NCBI GenBank assembly: GCA_964632255.1
Contig: CAZWCA010000013.1
Span: 4,477 to 68,476 of the forward strand
DNA from: an uncultured Smithella sp.
Lineage (GTDB): Bacteria > Desulfobacterota > Syntrophia > Syntrophales > Smithellaceae
Reading direction: 5' to 3'
Length of the DNA: 64,000 nucleotides
In this document: positions 39,296 through 48,801 of the stretch, one piece after another
How the letters are laid out: every line of letters begins with the position of its first letter
Numbering within the stretch: the stretch's first letter is position 1
The notes under the pieces: model-generated
What the model was told of the DNA's origin: nothing
Databases searched by the model: none
What the model saw: only the letters and a program-made list of their open reading frames with translations
Position numbers and translations under genes: made by a program

Positions 39296-40921
39296 ATGCA
39301 TATTACATTGATCAGCATGGACAATGAAGTATGGGCAAGCGGGATGAGGAGTATCTCGTCTACGCTCCGTAAAGCAGGACATCAGACCACGATGATCTTT
39401 GCCGGCACATCCGAAGCTTCCATTGACGAGTCAATTATACAAAGGATCGCTTTGTTAGCTGAACAATCAAAAATCATTGGAATCAGTTCGATGTCAAGAG
39501 GTTCATCGAGAGCCAAGAAACTGATCAATGGCTTACGAGGCCTCGGGAAGCTGCTTGTTTGGGGCGGGATGCATCCTACCATCTACCCGGAAGACTGCAT
39601 CGCGCATGCCGATCTTATCTGTCGCGGTGAGGGTGAGGAATTCATGCTCGACCTGACAGAAAGAGTGGCCTCAGGAAGAGAATTTAAAGATATCCGCAAT
39701 GGAGCATATATATTAAATGGCCGGGTTGTTCTAAATAATCTTCGTCCATTGATTACTGATCTGGATACCCTTCCCCTTCCGGATTTTCCATTCCAGGATG
39801 AGTACCGCCTGGATCAAAGCGGTACGTTCATTCCAAATGTTAACATGAGAGATGAAAAGCGTATTCTTTTCAGTGGTTCCCGTGGGTGCGAAAATAACTG
39901 CACGTACTGTTCGAATTCACAACTCAAGTCCATTTATAAAGGCAGTGGCAGCGTTCGCTTTGCAAGGAAAATGTCATTGCCGGCATTTGTAAAGGCAGCA
40001 AGAGAATATTGCCGGCTATTCCCCAAGGCAAGGGAATTCTATTTCACGGATGAGGATTTTTTCGCCCGCCCTGTGGAAGAAATGAAGGAACTCGCTGAGA
40101 TTTATCCGCGCAAGGTCGGACTTCCATTCGAGGTCATGGCCTCCCCGCGTAACATCACAGAAGAAAAGATGGCTCTAGCTGTTCAGGCGGGAATGTGGCG
40201 GATCGATATCGGTCTTGAAAGCGGCAGTGAAAGGACAAGACGAGAGGTTTTCAAGCGCTTGGTTAGTGATGAGATGCAGATGCAAGCAGCATATGTGATA
40301 CATAGATATGAACAGGTCATTCCTTACTACTTCCTGATTCTTGGTAATCCCTACGAAAAACAGGAAGACCTGATAAATAGCATATGTCTCCTGCAGAAAA
40401 TGCCGCCTCGATTCTTCTTGAGAGCTTACAATCTTGTGTTCATTCCCGGCACCAAGTTGTTCAACAAGGCGTGCGAGGATAAAATCATTCAAAGTATTAG
40501 TGACAGTGCTTATGAGATGGACTTCCTGGCTGGATTTAATTACGGGGAACATGAGTGGAAACGAAAGAATCTCTATCTGAACGGCTTATTGTCGCTAATG
40601 GTCGGCAAGGCAACGAATTTAAAAATGGGTTATTTGCCAAGGATTCTCATTCCGGTTCTCACAATCAAGCAGCTAGTGGATTTCTGCGACCGGTATCCTC
40701 GGATTGGCGAGTTAATAGTTGCTCAGGCGAACCTTGGTCTCAATATGCGACGCCGTGCCTTGCAGCTTGTCGGCAAATTCTTTTCTAATCCGCAGATTTT
40801 GTATGGCATAAAGAGTTATATGAAAAGAAATAATGATAGAAAGATCCCGGAGTCGGGAGGCATGGCATTAACTAATGGAATTAAAGATAAATTTAAAGAT
40901 TTACAAATGAATAAACTATGA
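39296..40921 (+). CDS. B12-binding-domain radical SAM protein
   Basis: N-terminal Rossmann-like region. CxxxCxxC cluster GCENNCTYC. IDIGLESGS. SD GGAGG upstream. Confidence 0.85.
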   Translation: MHITLISMDNEVWASGMRSISSTLRKAGHQTTMIFAGTSEASIDESIIQRIALLAEQSKIIGISSMSRGSSRAKKLINGLRGLGKLLVWGGMHPTIYPEDCIAHADLICRGEGEEFMLDLTERVASGREFKDIRNGAYILNGRVVLNNLRPLITDLDTLPLPDFPFQDEYRLDQSGTFIPNVNMRDEKRILFSGSRGCENNCTYCSNSQLKSIYKGSGSVRFARKMSLPAFVKAAREYCRLFPKAREFYFTDEDFFARPVEEMKELAEIYPRKVGLPFEVMASPRNITEEKMALAVQAGMWRIDIGLESGSERTRREVFKRLVSDEMQMQAAYVIHRYEQVIPYYFLILGNPYEKQEDLINSICLLQKMPPRFFLRAYNLVFIPGTKLFNKACEDKIIQSISDSAYEMDFLAGFNYGEHEWKRKNLYLNGLLSLMVGKATNLKMGYLPRILIPVLTIKQLVDFCDRYPRIGELIVAQANLGLNMRRRALQLVGKFFSNPQILYGIKSYMKRNNDRKIPESGGMALTNGIKDKFKDLQMNKL

Positions 40922-41021
40922 AGACGTAATCAAGATTTAAGGGACAATCAGCATAATTTTTTAGTATCAACTTCAAATATTGCCGCCATTTAAATGAAAG
41001 GCTCTCGACCTTACTTTGTTC

Positions 41022-41921
41022 ATGAATCCAGTATTATTTATGATTAGAAACAAATTCAAGCATACTTTTTTTTCTAAAAAAAATATCCTTTGCATTGTCA
41101 TACCTCTGTGTGTCGGAACGCTGACCTTTCTTGCAATGACGATAATAATGGATCCTGTTCAACAAAGAAAAGAAGCCCCTTATTATTATCAAGACAATGT
41201 GGAAAAAGTTAGGACAGAGAATCTCTTCCATACCATCCTTTATTTGCAGTCGCAAAAGAACAGATCAACCTGGGAAAAACAATGGGAGGTTGCTTATTGG
41301 CTATTTAATGAATTCAAAAAAATCGGGATCGAAGTCGATTTTCACCAATATGAATTTCAGGGAAGAATCTGGCCGAATGTTATTGCAAGGATCAAAGGAA
41401 AAGAACAAGCCGGCGAGATCCTTCTTTTCTGTGCACATCTTGATTCGACGAGTGATAATGCTGAAAAAATAGCTCCCGGTGCCGATGACAATGCCGGCAG
41501 TGTGGCAGTACTGCTTGAAGCGGCCAGAGTTTTAAAGAAAATTCCAATGAAACGGACAGTCATTTTTTGTATTTTTTCCAATGAAGAAAGTGCCGCAGCA
41601 GGCAGCAAGGCATATGCCCGGCTGGCAAAGAAAGAGGGTTACAATATCAAAGCCATCGTAAATATTGATGTTGTCGGCTACAATCGACCGCAGCGGCCTT
41701 TCTATTGGGATGCTGTTTCCGGACATGCCATGCCGAAAGATAAATTTAAAGCAGCAGCTAAAATGGTTTACAATTATTTTACGGGAATAGTCTACGGAAA
41801 CGATATAGTAGTCGTAGCAGGAAGAGAGCCAAATCGTCAACTTGCACTAAAGACAGCCCTGATATTGCAAGAATCAGCAGGGCTGCAAGTTAAGAAGACG
41901 ATTCAAAATGACTGCGGCTGA
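41022..41921 (+). CDS. Membrane-anchored M28-family metallopeptidase, reading frame stopped by TGA inside the conserved domain
   Basis: TM anchor ILCIVIPLCVGTLTFLAMTIIM. CAHLDS...APGADDNAGSVAVLLEAARVL...FSNEE...NIDVVG (M28 zinc-ligand motifs). I prefer ATG 41022 over TTG 41016. Confidence 0.75.
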   Translation: MNPVLFMIRNKFKHTFFSKKNILCIVIPLCVGTLTFLAMTIIMDPVQQRKEAPYYYQDNVEKVRTENLFHTILYLQSQKNRSTWEKQWEVAYWLFNEFKKIGIEVDFHQYEFQGRIWPNVIARIKGKEQAGEILLFCAHLDSTSDNAEKIAPGADDNAGSVAVLLEAARVLKKIPMKRTVIFCIFSNEESAAAGSKAYARLAKKEGYNIKAIVNIDVVGYNRPQRPFYWDAVSGHAMPKDKFKAAAKMVYNYFTGIVYGNDIVVVAGREPNRQLALKTALILQESAGLQVKKTIQNDCG

Positions 41922-42098
41922 GGAGATGAAGGATCCTTTTGGAGCGAAGGATATGATGCAGTCTATATAAACTCTTTTTATAAGAACCCTTTTAATCATT
42001 CATCCATGGATTTGATGGAAAATCTGGATTTAAAACTGATTCAAAAAACTGCACAGGGCGTTTGTGCTATTGCTGCCTTGTTTGCAAATAATCCATAG
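41919..42098 (+). other. In-frame TGA plus 58-codon continuation of the M28 domain (recoding site or pseudogene lesion)
   Basis: Own translation after the TGA (41919-41921) in the same frame: GDEGSFWSEGYDAVYINSFYKNPFNHSSMDLMENLDLKLIQKTAQGVCAIAALFANNP, ending at TAG 42096-42098. It aligns with the M28 C-terminal SDHxxF...G.pA...YHT.xD region. Confidence 0.6.
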
Positions 42099-42401
42099 AC
42101 TCTTTATCCTGGATAAGGATTGGCAGGGTCTATAAAGTGTCAGATAGTAAAACTATAATTTTAGCATTTCTATGTTAACCTTAAGTAAATACCGTCGTTT
42201 TTATGTATAAAAAATGGCACCATCGCTATGCCGGTAAAAATTAACATGAAGTTTACCATGTAAAGGAATGGGCATTGGAATTTCGGTCGAGCGAAATTCC
42301 AAACCTTTAACCTGCGCATGTCTGCAAACAACTTCAAACATTAAATTCCAGGCCATGGATTCTTGCTTCTTCCATACTGCACTAGCTTAACTGAAATTCA
42401 T

Positions 42402-42434
42402 AAAAAAGGCAGGGCTTCAAGAGACCTGCCTTTT
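42402..42434. terminator. Bidirectional rho-independent terminator
   Basis: aaaaggcagg (42404-42413) pairs with cctgcctttt (42425-42434), with an 11-nt loop. T-runs follow on both strands. It lies between the convergent M28 and PEP-CTERM genes. Confidence 0.7.
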
Positions 42435-42458
42435 GTTAAAATAAAATTTATAAGCTGC

Positions 42459-43163
42459 TCAGTTATTTAATTTTCTCCTGATCCCAGCCAGTCCCATCAG
42501 CCCAAGGCCGAGAAGGAGCATGGAAGCAGGTTCGGGAACGCTAACAATCCAAGTGTTGTGATATTGCCAATTGATTATATCCGTCAGAATTGTATTATTA
42601 GCGTCTAATTCGACGATATGCCGGCCAATCGACATCGGTGTTTGAACCATGCCAATGTCAACAAGCCAATTTGCTCCATTAACAGCAGGATTGTACGGGT
42701 CTGAGTATGGAATCGGCGGGTTGTAAATATATTCGGAGTAGTAATCCATCCGGTTTGCGTTATTAATTACCGTAACTCCGTCAATTTTCACAGTAATGTT
42801 GGCGGTTTTAGCAAGCGCAGACCAATCTTCCATTTTATCCGGCGGTGTCCCGTCCGTGTAGCTCTCACCCCAAAGAGAGAAAAACGGCACTACAAAGGCC
42901 TGACCTGTGCTTAAATTCGCATACTGTATGCCCCGGCCTTGTTGATTGACGCTGGTGGGTATGGGCATAAGCACGACTTTGTTATTGACTACTGCGTTTC
43001 CATTTGCATCTAACGGAACAGTTACATCTCCAAAGGCCCAGGAAAAGTATAAGCCCTGCCACTCAGCCAAACTTTTGCCGTAATAGTCAGTCGCCGAGGC
43101 AGGCATGGCAAGACACAACCACACAAGAGCTGCGGCAATTATACTAATGAATCTGCTTTTCAT
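42459..43163 (-). CDS. PEP-CTERM sorting-domain secreted protein
   Basis: Signal peptide ...AMPASA. C-terminal VPEPASMLLLGLGLMGLAGIRRK (PEP motif, TM helix, basic tail). Confidence 0.85.
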   Translation of the reverse strand: MKSRFISIIAAALVWLCLAMPASATDYYGKSLAEWQGLYFSWAFGDVTVPLDANGNAVVNNKVVLMPIPTSVNQQGRGIQYANLSTGQAFVVPFFSLWGESYTDGTPPDKMEDWSALAKTANITVKIDGVTVINNANRMDYYSEYIYNPPIPYSDPYNPAVNGANWLVDIGMVQTPMSIGRHIVELDANNTILTDIINWQYHNTWIVSVPEPASMLLLGLGLMGLAGIRRKLNN

Positions 43164-43987
43164 AACTTCTTCCTTTCTGCTTTGTTCTAAAAGCGTAGAG
43201 CTGCCGCCTGTGAGGAGGGCGAATGTTATAATAAAAGGTAATTAACGACCCGGTTTCGCTTTAATCACATAGAAATAATTAACTTTTTGTTAAATGCAGG
43301 TGCCGTCGTGTTTTGAAGATAAGGGACGTCATCCGAACCAATAACTTATCAAGCTCACAAACCGATGATTATGAATAAAAAAAATGCCGGTCGGGAGCTT
43401 GGAACAAAAGCATTCCTTCATGCCCAGGCAATCTTGAAGGTTCTATATGTCATGCGGTCAAAGCAATTTATATGCCGTTCAATAGATTACAGCTAATAGA
43501 AAAATGTTATATGTTGTAAAATATGATTCTTATAGTTAAATATGTTTTCTATCAAAATCAAAATCATATTTTTAAATTAAAAAATGGCAGGAATATTAAG
43601 AAAAAATGTAAACAATTTCGACGCGTAGTATGACATTCATCTTGAAAAAAGACAAAATGTAAATATTTTTAATTATTTAAATGAAATATAAAAAGTAAAA
43701 AAAAATTCGACGTGATCTTCTAAAGCTATTAACAAAATTATTTCTTTCAAAATTAGAATCTTAAGCCTTATGTAAATAATCTTTTTTTCTATAGAATTTT
43801 AAATAATAGATAAAAATTCTATCCATTTATTCCCGATTAAATCTATATTGTTTTTATAATTGAAAAGAGTTATTTCTTTTTGCTTTCAATGGAATAACAA
43901 AAGAAATCTAAAATTTACAATACGATGTGCATTTTTTATTTCTTAATTTGATCCTTTTCATGACAATTAAATAAGAAAGGTTTTAAG

Positions 43988-46900
43988 ATGAGGAAAAGTG
44001 GGAACAAAACAAAAGATCAACTCATCAACGAACTGGAAAGAATGCGTCTTGAAGTTGCCGATCTTAAAAAATTCAGGGCGGAACATGAACAGAAAAAAGA
44101 ACAGCTTAAATATCAATTTCATTTCGACCGGAAACTTCTCGACTCAATTCCTATCCCTGTTTTCTATAAAGATAAGCAATTAACATACAAAGGATGTAAC
44201 AAAGCATTTGAGCATTTCCTGAATATCGATCAAGACCAGTTAAGAGATAAAACTGTTTATGATCTGGCACCTGAAGAATTAGCCGATATATATCACGCAA
44301 AGGATCTGGAACTTTTGCAAAATCCCGGCATACAGATTTATGAATCCAGAGTTTGTGATGGAAATTCCAAAGAACATAACATCATTTTTCACAAGGCGAC
44401 ATACACTGATGCGGATGGTCTGATTGCCGGATTAATCGGCGTACTTGAAGACATTACCGAATGCAAGCAGGCGAAGAATAAATTGCAGCGGTCAGAGTCT
44501 GAATTAGCAATAATGAACAAAATTGCACAAGTATTCCTCACCGTTCCGGATGAAGAGATGTACGGCATGGTTATGAATATTATAAGGAAATTTCTGGATA
44601 GTCCATATGGAATCTTTGGTTATATCTCAGAAGCGGGTGATTTAGTCATTCCCAGCCTGACACGTGAAGTATGGCAAGAATGTAAAATGCAGGACAAGTC
44701 CATAGTATTTCCATCTCATACATGGGGGAAATCGCTGTGGGGACGTGCTATTCGCAACCATCGATCCTATCTTGCAAATCATAATTTTAAGGTACTAAAG
44801 GGGCATATTCCTATAACCAGTTTCTTAACCGTTCCTCTCATTTTTCAAGAAAAGGTCATTGGACTGATCTCTGTCGCCAACCGTAAAGATGGATACCTGG
44901 AGGAGCATCAACAATTATTGGAAAACATTGCCAGTTTTGTTTCTCCTATACTTTACGCGAGGAAGCAAAGAGATCAACAAGAAAGAGAGCGGCTACTTGC
45001 AGAAGAGGCTCGCGAACGAGCGGAAGCGGATCGTAAACAAGCTGAAAATTCCCTAAAAAGATCTGAATATTTATACCGGGCGATTTTCGAAAATGCGGGC
45101 AATGCGTATATCCTTGTGCATGAAGATACGACAATGATTCTCGTTAATTCTGAATTTGAAAGATTATCCGGTTACTCCAAAGAAGAAATTGAAGGGAAAA
45201 AAAGCTGGACGGAATTTTTTATTGAAGGGGATTTGAGCCGGATGAGAGAATACCATCTTCTGCGCAGGTCGGGTAAGGGCGCTGTACCGCGAAAATATGA
45301 ATGCCGGTTAAAAGACAAATGGAATAATATAAAAGATATAGCTATTTGTGTGGATATGATTCCCAGCACAAAAGAAAGCATAGCTTCCCTTCACGATATA
45401 ACGGAACATAGACAGGCGGAAAGAATTCTCCAGGAATCTCAGCAGAGACTGGCGGGAATAATCGAATTTTTACCTGATGCAACCGTTGTTATTGATAAAC
45501 ACGGGAAAATTATTGCCTGGAACCGGGCCATGGAAAACATGACCAGGGTTAAAAAGGAAGATATGCTTGGAAAAGGCAATTATGAATATGCTTTTCCCTT
45601 TCACAGGGAAAGAAAACCGGTGCTTGTTGACTTTGCTCTTCATCCGGATAAGAAAAAAACAGCGCAATACGCAAACTTTCATGAGTTGGAATCTGTAATT
45701 TCCGCTGAATCCTTTATACCTTCACTTGGCGACATCCACGTTTATGCAACAGCATCGGTTCTCAAAGATTCGCAAGGTGAAGTTATTGCCGCCATAGAGT
45801 GTGTTCGTGATATTACGGAACGTAAAAGGCTGGCGGAATTATTAAACCGCGCTGAGAAAATGGAAGCACTGGGTACGCTGGCAGGGGGTGTCGCTCACGA
45901 TCTCAACAATGTTTTGGGAGTGCTTGTCGGATATACTGAATTAATGAAAGAATATCTGCCGGAAGACAGCATTCTTTCAGAATATGCGGAAAACATACTG
46001 CAATCGGGTCTTCGGGCAACCGCTGTTATTCAAGATCTTTTAACTATGGCAAGGAGAGGAGTAGCCATTTCCAATGTCGTTAATCTGAATAATCTGATTG
46101 TTGATTATCTCAAAACACCGGAATTTGAGAATCTGGAAACCAATCATCCCAATGTTCAGCTTTCAACCGAACTTAACAGTAACCTTTTTAATATCAAGGG
46201 TTCTCCCATCCATCTGACGAAAACCATCATGAACCTTGTATCCAACGCCGCCGAGTCAATATCAGTCAAAGGAAAAATATTCATAAAAACGGAAAACCGC
46301 TATTTGGATCAACCTGTTCATGGATATTACGAAATGCAGGAAGGAGATTATGCTGTGCTTACGGTCTCCGATACCGGCAGCGGCATATCCGCCAAAGACA
46401 TCGATAAAATCTTTGAACCATTTTATACAAAAAAAGTCATGGGCAGAAGCGGTACCGGTTTGGGGCTTGCCGTTGTCTGGGGGACGGTGAAGGATCACAA
46501 CGGTTATATTGACGTGCAAAGCCGGGAGGGCAAAGGAACCACCTTTAGCCTTTACTTTCCCATAACCAGAGAAGAACCGGCAAAAGTTGAAAAAACAGCC
46601 CCATATCTGGCCTATATGGGAAAGGGGGAATCCATTCTGGTCGTGGATGATGTGAAGGAACAACGGGAACTGGCCATGATTATGCTGGAAAAGTTAGGAT
46701 ATCGGGTCAACTCTGTTTCCGGCGGGGAAGATGCAATTGAACACCTTAAAAATGAAAAGGCTGACCTTATTGTTCTGGATATGATCATGTCTCCGGGAAT
46801 TGACGGATTTGAAACCTATCAGAGAATATTGGATATTAATCCGGGGCAAAAGGCAATAATTGTCAGTGGTTTTTCCGAAACCGACCGGGTTAGAAAGCTT

Positions 46901-46996
46901 CAGGAAATCGGCGCCGGTGAATTTATCCGGAAACCTTACACGATAGGAAAAATCGGTCTCGCCATAAAAAATGAACTGGCCCGGAAAAGGGTATAG
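43988..46996 (+). CDS. PAS/GAF hybrid sensor histidine kinase / response regulator (cytoplasmic), paralog of 6663..8708
   Basis: Multiple PAS regions and a GAF-like region. H-box GGVAHDLNNVL. DTGSGI, GTGLGLAVV. Receiver ILVVDD...DLIVLDM...KP. Confidence 0.9.
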   Translation: MRKSGNKTKDQLINELERMRLEVADLKKFRAEHEQKKEQLKYQFHFDRKLLDSIPIPVFYKDKQLTYKGCNKAFEHFLNIDQDQLRDKTVYDLAPEELADIYHAKDLELLQNPGIQIYESRVCDGNSKEHNIIFHKATYTDADGLIAGLIGVLEDITECKQAKNKLQRSESELAIMNKIAQVFLTVPDEEMYGMVMNIIRKFLDSPYGIFGYISEAGDLVIPSLTREVWQECKMQDKSIVFPSHTWGKSLWGRAIRNHRSYLANHNFKVLKGHIPITSFLTVPLIFQEKVIGLISVANRKDGYLEEHQQLLENIASFVSPILYARKQRDQQERERLLAEEARERAEADRKQAENSLKRSEYLYRAIFENAGNAYILVHEDTTMILVNSEFERLSGYSKEEIEGKKSWTEFFIEGDLSRMREYHLLRRSGKGAVPRKYECRLKDKWNNIKDIAICVDMIPSTKESIASLHDITEHRQAERILQESQQRLAGIIEFLPDATVVIDKHGKIIAWNRAMENMTRVKKEDMLGKGNYEYAFPFHRERKPVLVDFALHPDKKKTAQYANFHELESVISAESFIPSLGDIHVYATASVLKDSQGEVIAAIECVRDITERKRLAELLNRAEKMEALGTLAGGVAHDLNNVLGVLVGYTELMKEYLPEDSILSEYAENILQSGLRATAVIQDLLTMARRGVAISNVVNLNNLIVDYLKTPEFENLETNHPNVQLSTELNSNLFNIKGSPIHLTKTIMNLVSNAAESISVKGKIFIKTENRYLDQPVHGYYEMQEGDYAVLTVSDTGSGISAKDIDKIFEPFYTKKVMGRSGTGLGLAVVWGTVKDHNGYIDVQSREGKGTTFSLYFPITREEPAKVEKTAPYLAYMGKGESILVVDDVKEQRELAMIMLEKLGYRVNSVSGGEDAIEHLKNEKADLIVLDMIMSPGIDGFETYQRILDINPGQKAIIVSGFSETDRVRKLQEIGAGEFIRKPYTIGKIGLAIKNELARKRV

Positions 46997-47048
46997 AAGA
47001 TAATTTTTTGCCTGCCTTTATACTTTTATTTCCCCTGCGATTAATTTT

Positions 47049-47720
47049 TTAATGTTGGCCGGTTCCATTACTTTCCAGTTCTACAGCTCTTTTTATGCGA
47101 TCAATCAATGCCGGATGTGTCGCCAACCAGCCGCCATCGCTTTGTATTCCCTTTTCAATCTCGTACTCATGTAACCGTTTGAGCATTCTGCTGTAAGTAT
47201 TTTTGGGCAGAGCCAGTTGCGGCATGGCTTTGATCGCCGTTTCATCAGCTTCCATTTCTACGGTTCGGCTGAATCCTTTTGTTACAAGGGGATTAACGGC
47301 GTGATTTAATAATCCAACTCCGGGGATTAAATATCCTAAACCTATAAAAGTTCCTGTTACTAACGTTGAAACGACCACCTTTTTTCCGTAGTGCCCTTTT
47401 ATCTTGTGAGCCACTTCATGAGCGCAAAGGGCATTTAGTTCATTATCATCAAAAAGGGATAAAGCACCTGTCGTTATAATAATATTGCTTCCATCAATTG
47501 AGGCGTTAGGCATTTCTGAACGGACAAAGTGTAAAGTGTAATCATTTTTGTGCTCTTTATCCATTATATCAATCGGTAATGCACAAGCTTTTTTAACTTT
47601 CTCTGAATAGGTTATTTTTTCTTGATCGGTGAATTTATCTGCATTTTGTGTATGGGCACAACCTATGACAAAGAATACAAAAGCAACAATCAAAGAAAAC
47701 TTTAAAAGATTTGACTGCAT
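47049..47720 (-). CDS. M48-family zinc metallopeptidase lipoprotein
   Basis: Lipobox VIGC. HEVAHKIKGH (HExxH). C-terminal ...THPALIDRI, typical of M48. Confidence 0.75.
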   Translation of the reverse strand: MQSNLLKFSLIVAFVFFVIGCAHTQNADKFTDQEKITYSEKVKKACALPIDIMDKEHKNDYTLHFVRSEMPNASIDGSNIIITTGALSLFDDNELNALCAHEVAHKIKGHYGKKVVVSTLVTGTFIGLGYLIPGVGLLNHAVNPLVTKGFSRTVEMEADETAIKAMPQLALPKNTYSRMLKRLHEYEIEKGIQSDGGWLATHPALIDRIKRAVELESNGTGQH

Positions 47721-48005
47721 TAGCCTGCTTCCTTCTTCAGGGGATTAAGAGTCAGCCTTATCGGCAGTACGTAATGGAAAGCCGCTACTGTGTCAACGAA
47801 AACCTGCAAAAGCATGTAGAATGGTTAAGGTTAAATTCTTTTATCGTCCTGCCAAACTGGAAAAATCCTGCGCAATAATAAAAAAATCTTGCCCAGCAAG
47901 ACAAAAGAACCCGGCCAAAAATGTTTATTATCTCTTTAATATTTTTTAAATAAATACATCGCGATTATTATTAATCTTTTTAATTAATATTTATTCCGCC
48001 GACAA

Positions 48006-48021
48006 TGGCCCGCTAATTGCT
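48006..48021 (+). promoter_or_regulatory. Sigma54 (-24/-12) promoter candidate for the chemosensory operon
   Basis: TGGCCCGCTAATTGCT versus consensus TGGCACG-N4-TTGCW. GG and GC have the correct spacing, and it lies 49 nt upstream of ATG 48070 (SD AAGGAGAG at 48052-48059). Confidence 0.55.
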
Positions 48022-48069
48022 GGACTGTTTATCGTTTTACGTAAATGTCTACAAGGAGAGTTATTCTGA

Positions 48070-48459
48070 ATGACCGTTTTTTTCCTTGCCGATCCTAAAA
48101 ACAAGGCCAAGAAATTACTCTTGCGGGTTCTGGATATGATAATTCCGCATGATAAGATTACGACGATTGAAGATATCAAAGAATTGGAATCGCAACTAAG
48201 GCGCCAATTATACGATGACTTAATGGTCATGCTGCTTCCCGCCGGTGAAAACGAACTGTCCCGCATCATTGAATTAAAAGAGCTTTTCGGTGATATGCCG
48301 ATTATTCTCATCCTGCCTGACCGGGAAAAAGAAACAACCGCACTGGGATACAAGTTACGCCCAAGATTTATTACTTATGCCGACAGCAACTTTTTGGATG
48401 TGGCAACCGTACTGATGAAAATGAAAAACAAGATGGAAGCCAGAAAGGACTATGTATGA
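48070..48459 (+). CDS. Receiver-like protein lacking the phospho-acceptor Asp (pseudo-receiver)
   Basis: CheY-like alternation of beta/alpha segments (FFLAD..., VMLLPAGEN, PIILILPD, KLRP). The canonical D of the DxxMP position reads LLPAG. Confidence 0.4.
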   Translation: MTVFFLADPKNKAKKLLLRVLDMIIPHDKITTIEDIKELESQLRRQLYDDLMVMLLPAGENELSRIIELKELFGDMPIILILPDREKETTALGYKLRPRFITYADSNFLDVATVLMKMKNKMEARKDYV

Positions 48460-48794
48460 AATCTGCTAAAGGATCGTCGCCAAATAAGACAACTTTAGTG
48501 ATGAACGGGCATTTAACAATCAGTCAGGCTTGTGCGGCCAAAGACGAACTGCACAAAGCTCTTAAAAAAGTGCAGCATCTGGAACTGGATATGGAGTCTG
48601 CAGAAGAAATCGATTTATCTTTTTTACAGTTGTTGTGTTCTGCACATCGGACTTCCATCAATCTGAGGAAGACTTTGACATTCAAAGGTACGCTTCCCGA
48701 AGCATTTAAGAAATCCTTGAAGGATAATGGATTCATGCGGCAGAGAGGCTGTGCCGCGGATTCAACAAATACTTGTTTATGGATAATGAAGTGA
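48456..48794 (+). CDS. STAS-domain protein (anti-sigma-factor-antagonist-like)
   Basis: LVMNGHLTISQA...LELDMESAEEIDLSFLQLL...TLTFKG fits the SpoIIAA/STAS pattern. It overlaps the previous gene by 4 nt. Confidence 0.6.
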   Translation: MKSAKGSSPNKTTLVMNGHLTISQACAAKDELHKALKKVQHLELDMESAEEIDLSFLQLLCSAHRTSINLRKTLTFKGTLPEAFKKSLKDNGFMRQRGCAADSTNTCLWIMK

Positions 48795-48801
48795 GGAGAA
48801 A

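Noticed and set aside
42201-42356. 51-aa minus-strand ORF (MAWNLMFEVVCRHAQVKGLEFRSTEIPMPIPLHGKLHVNFYRHSDGAIFYT) downstream of the PEP-CTERM terminator.
   Set aside because: The sequence is protein-like, but there is no SD and no recognisable family, and it lies after a terminator. The evidence is insufficient.
47998-48005. Sigma28-like -10 box GCCGACAA upstream of the che operon.
   Set aside because: No convincing TAAA -35 lies at the right spacing, only TTAA. The overlapping sigma54 match is much stronger.
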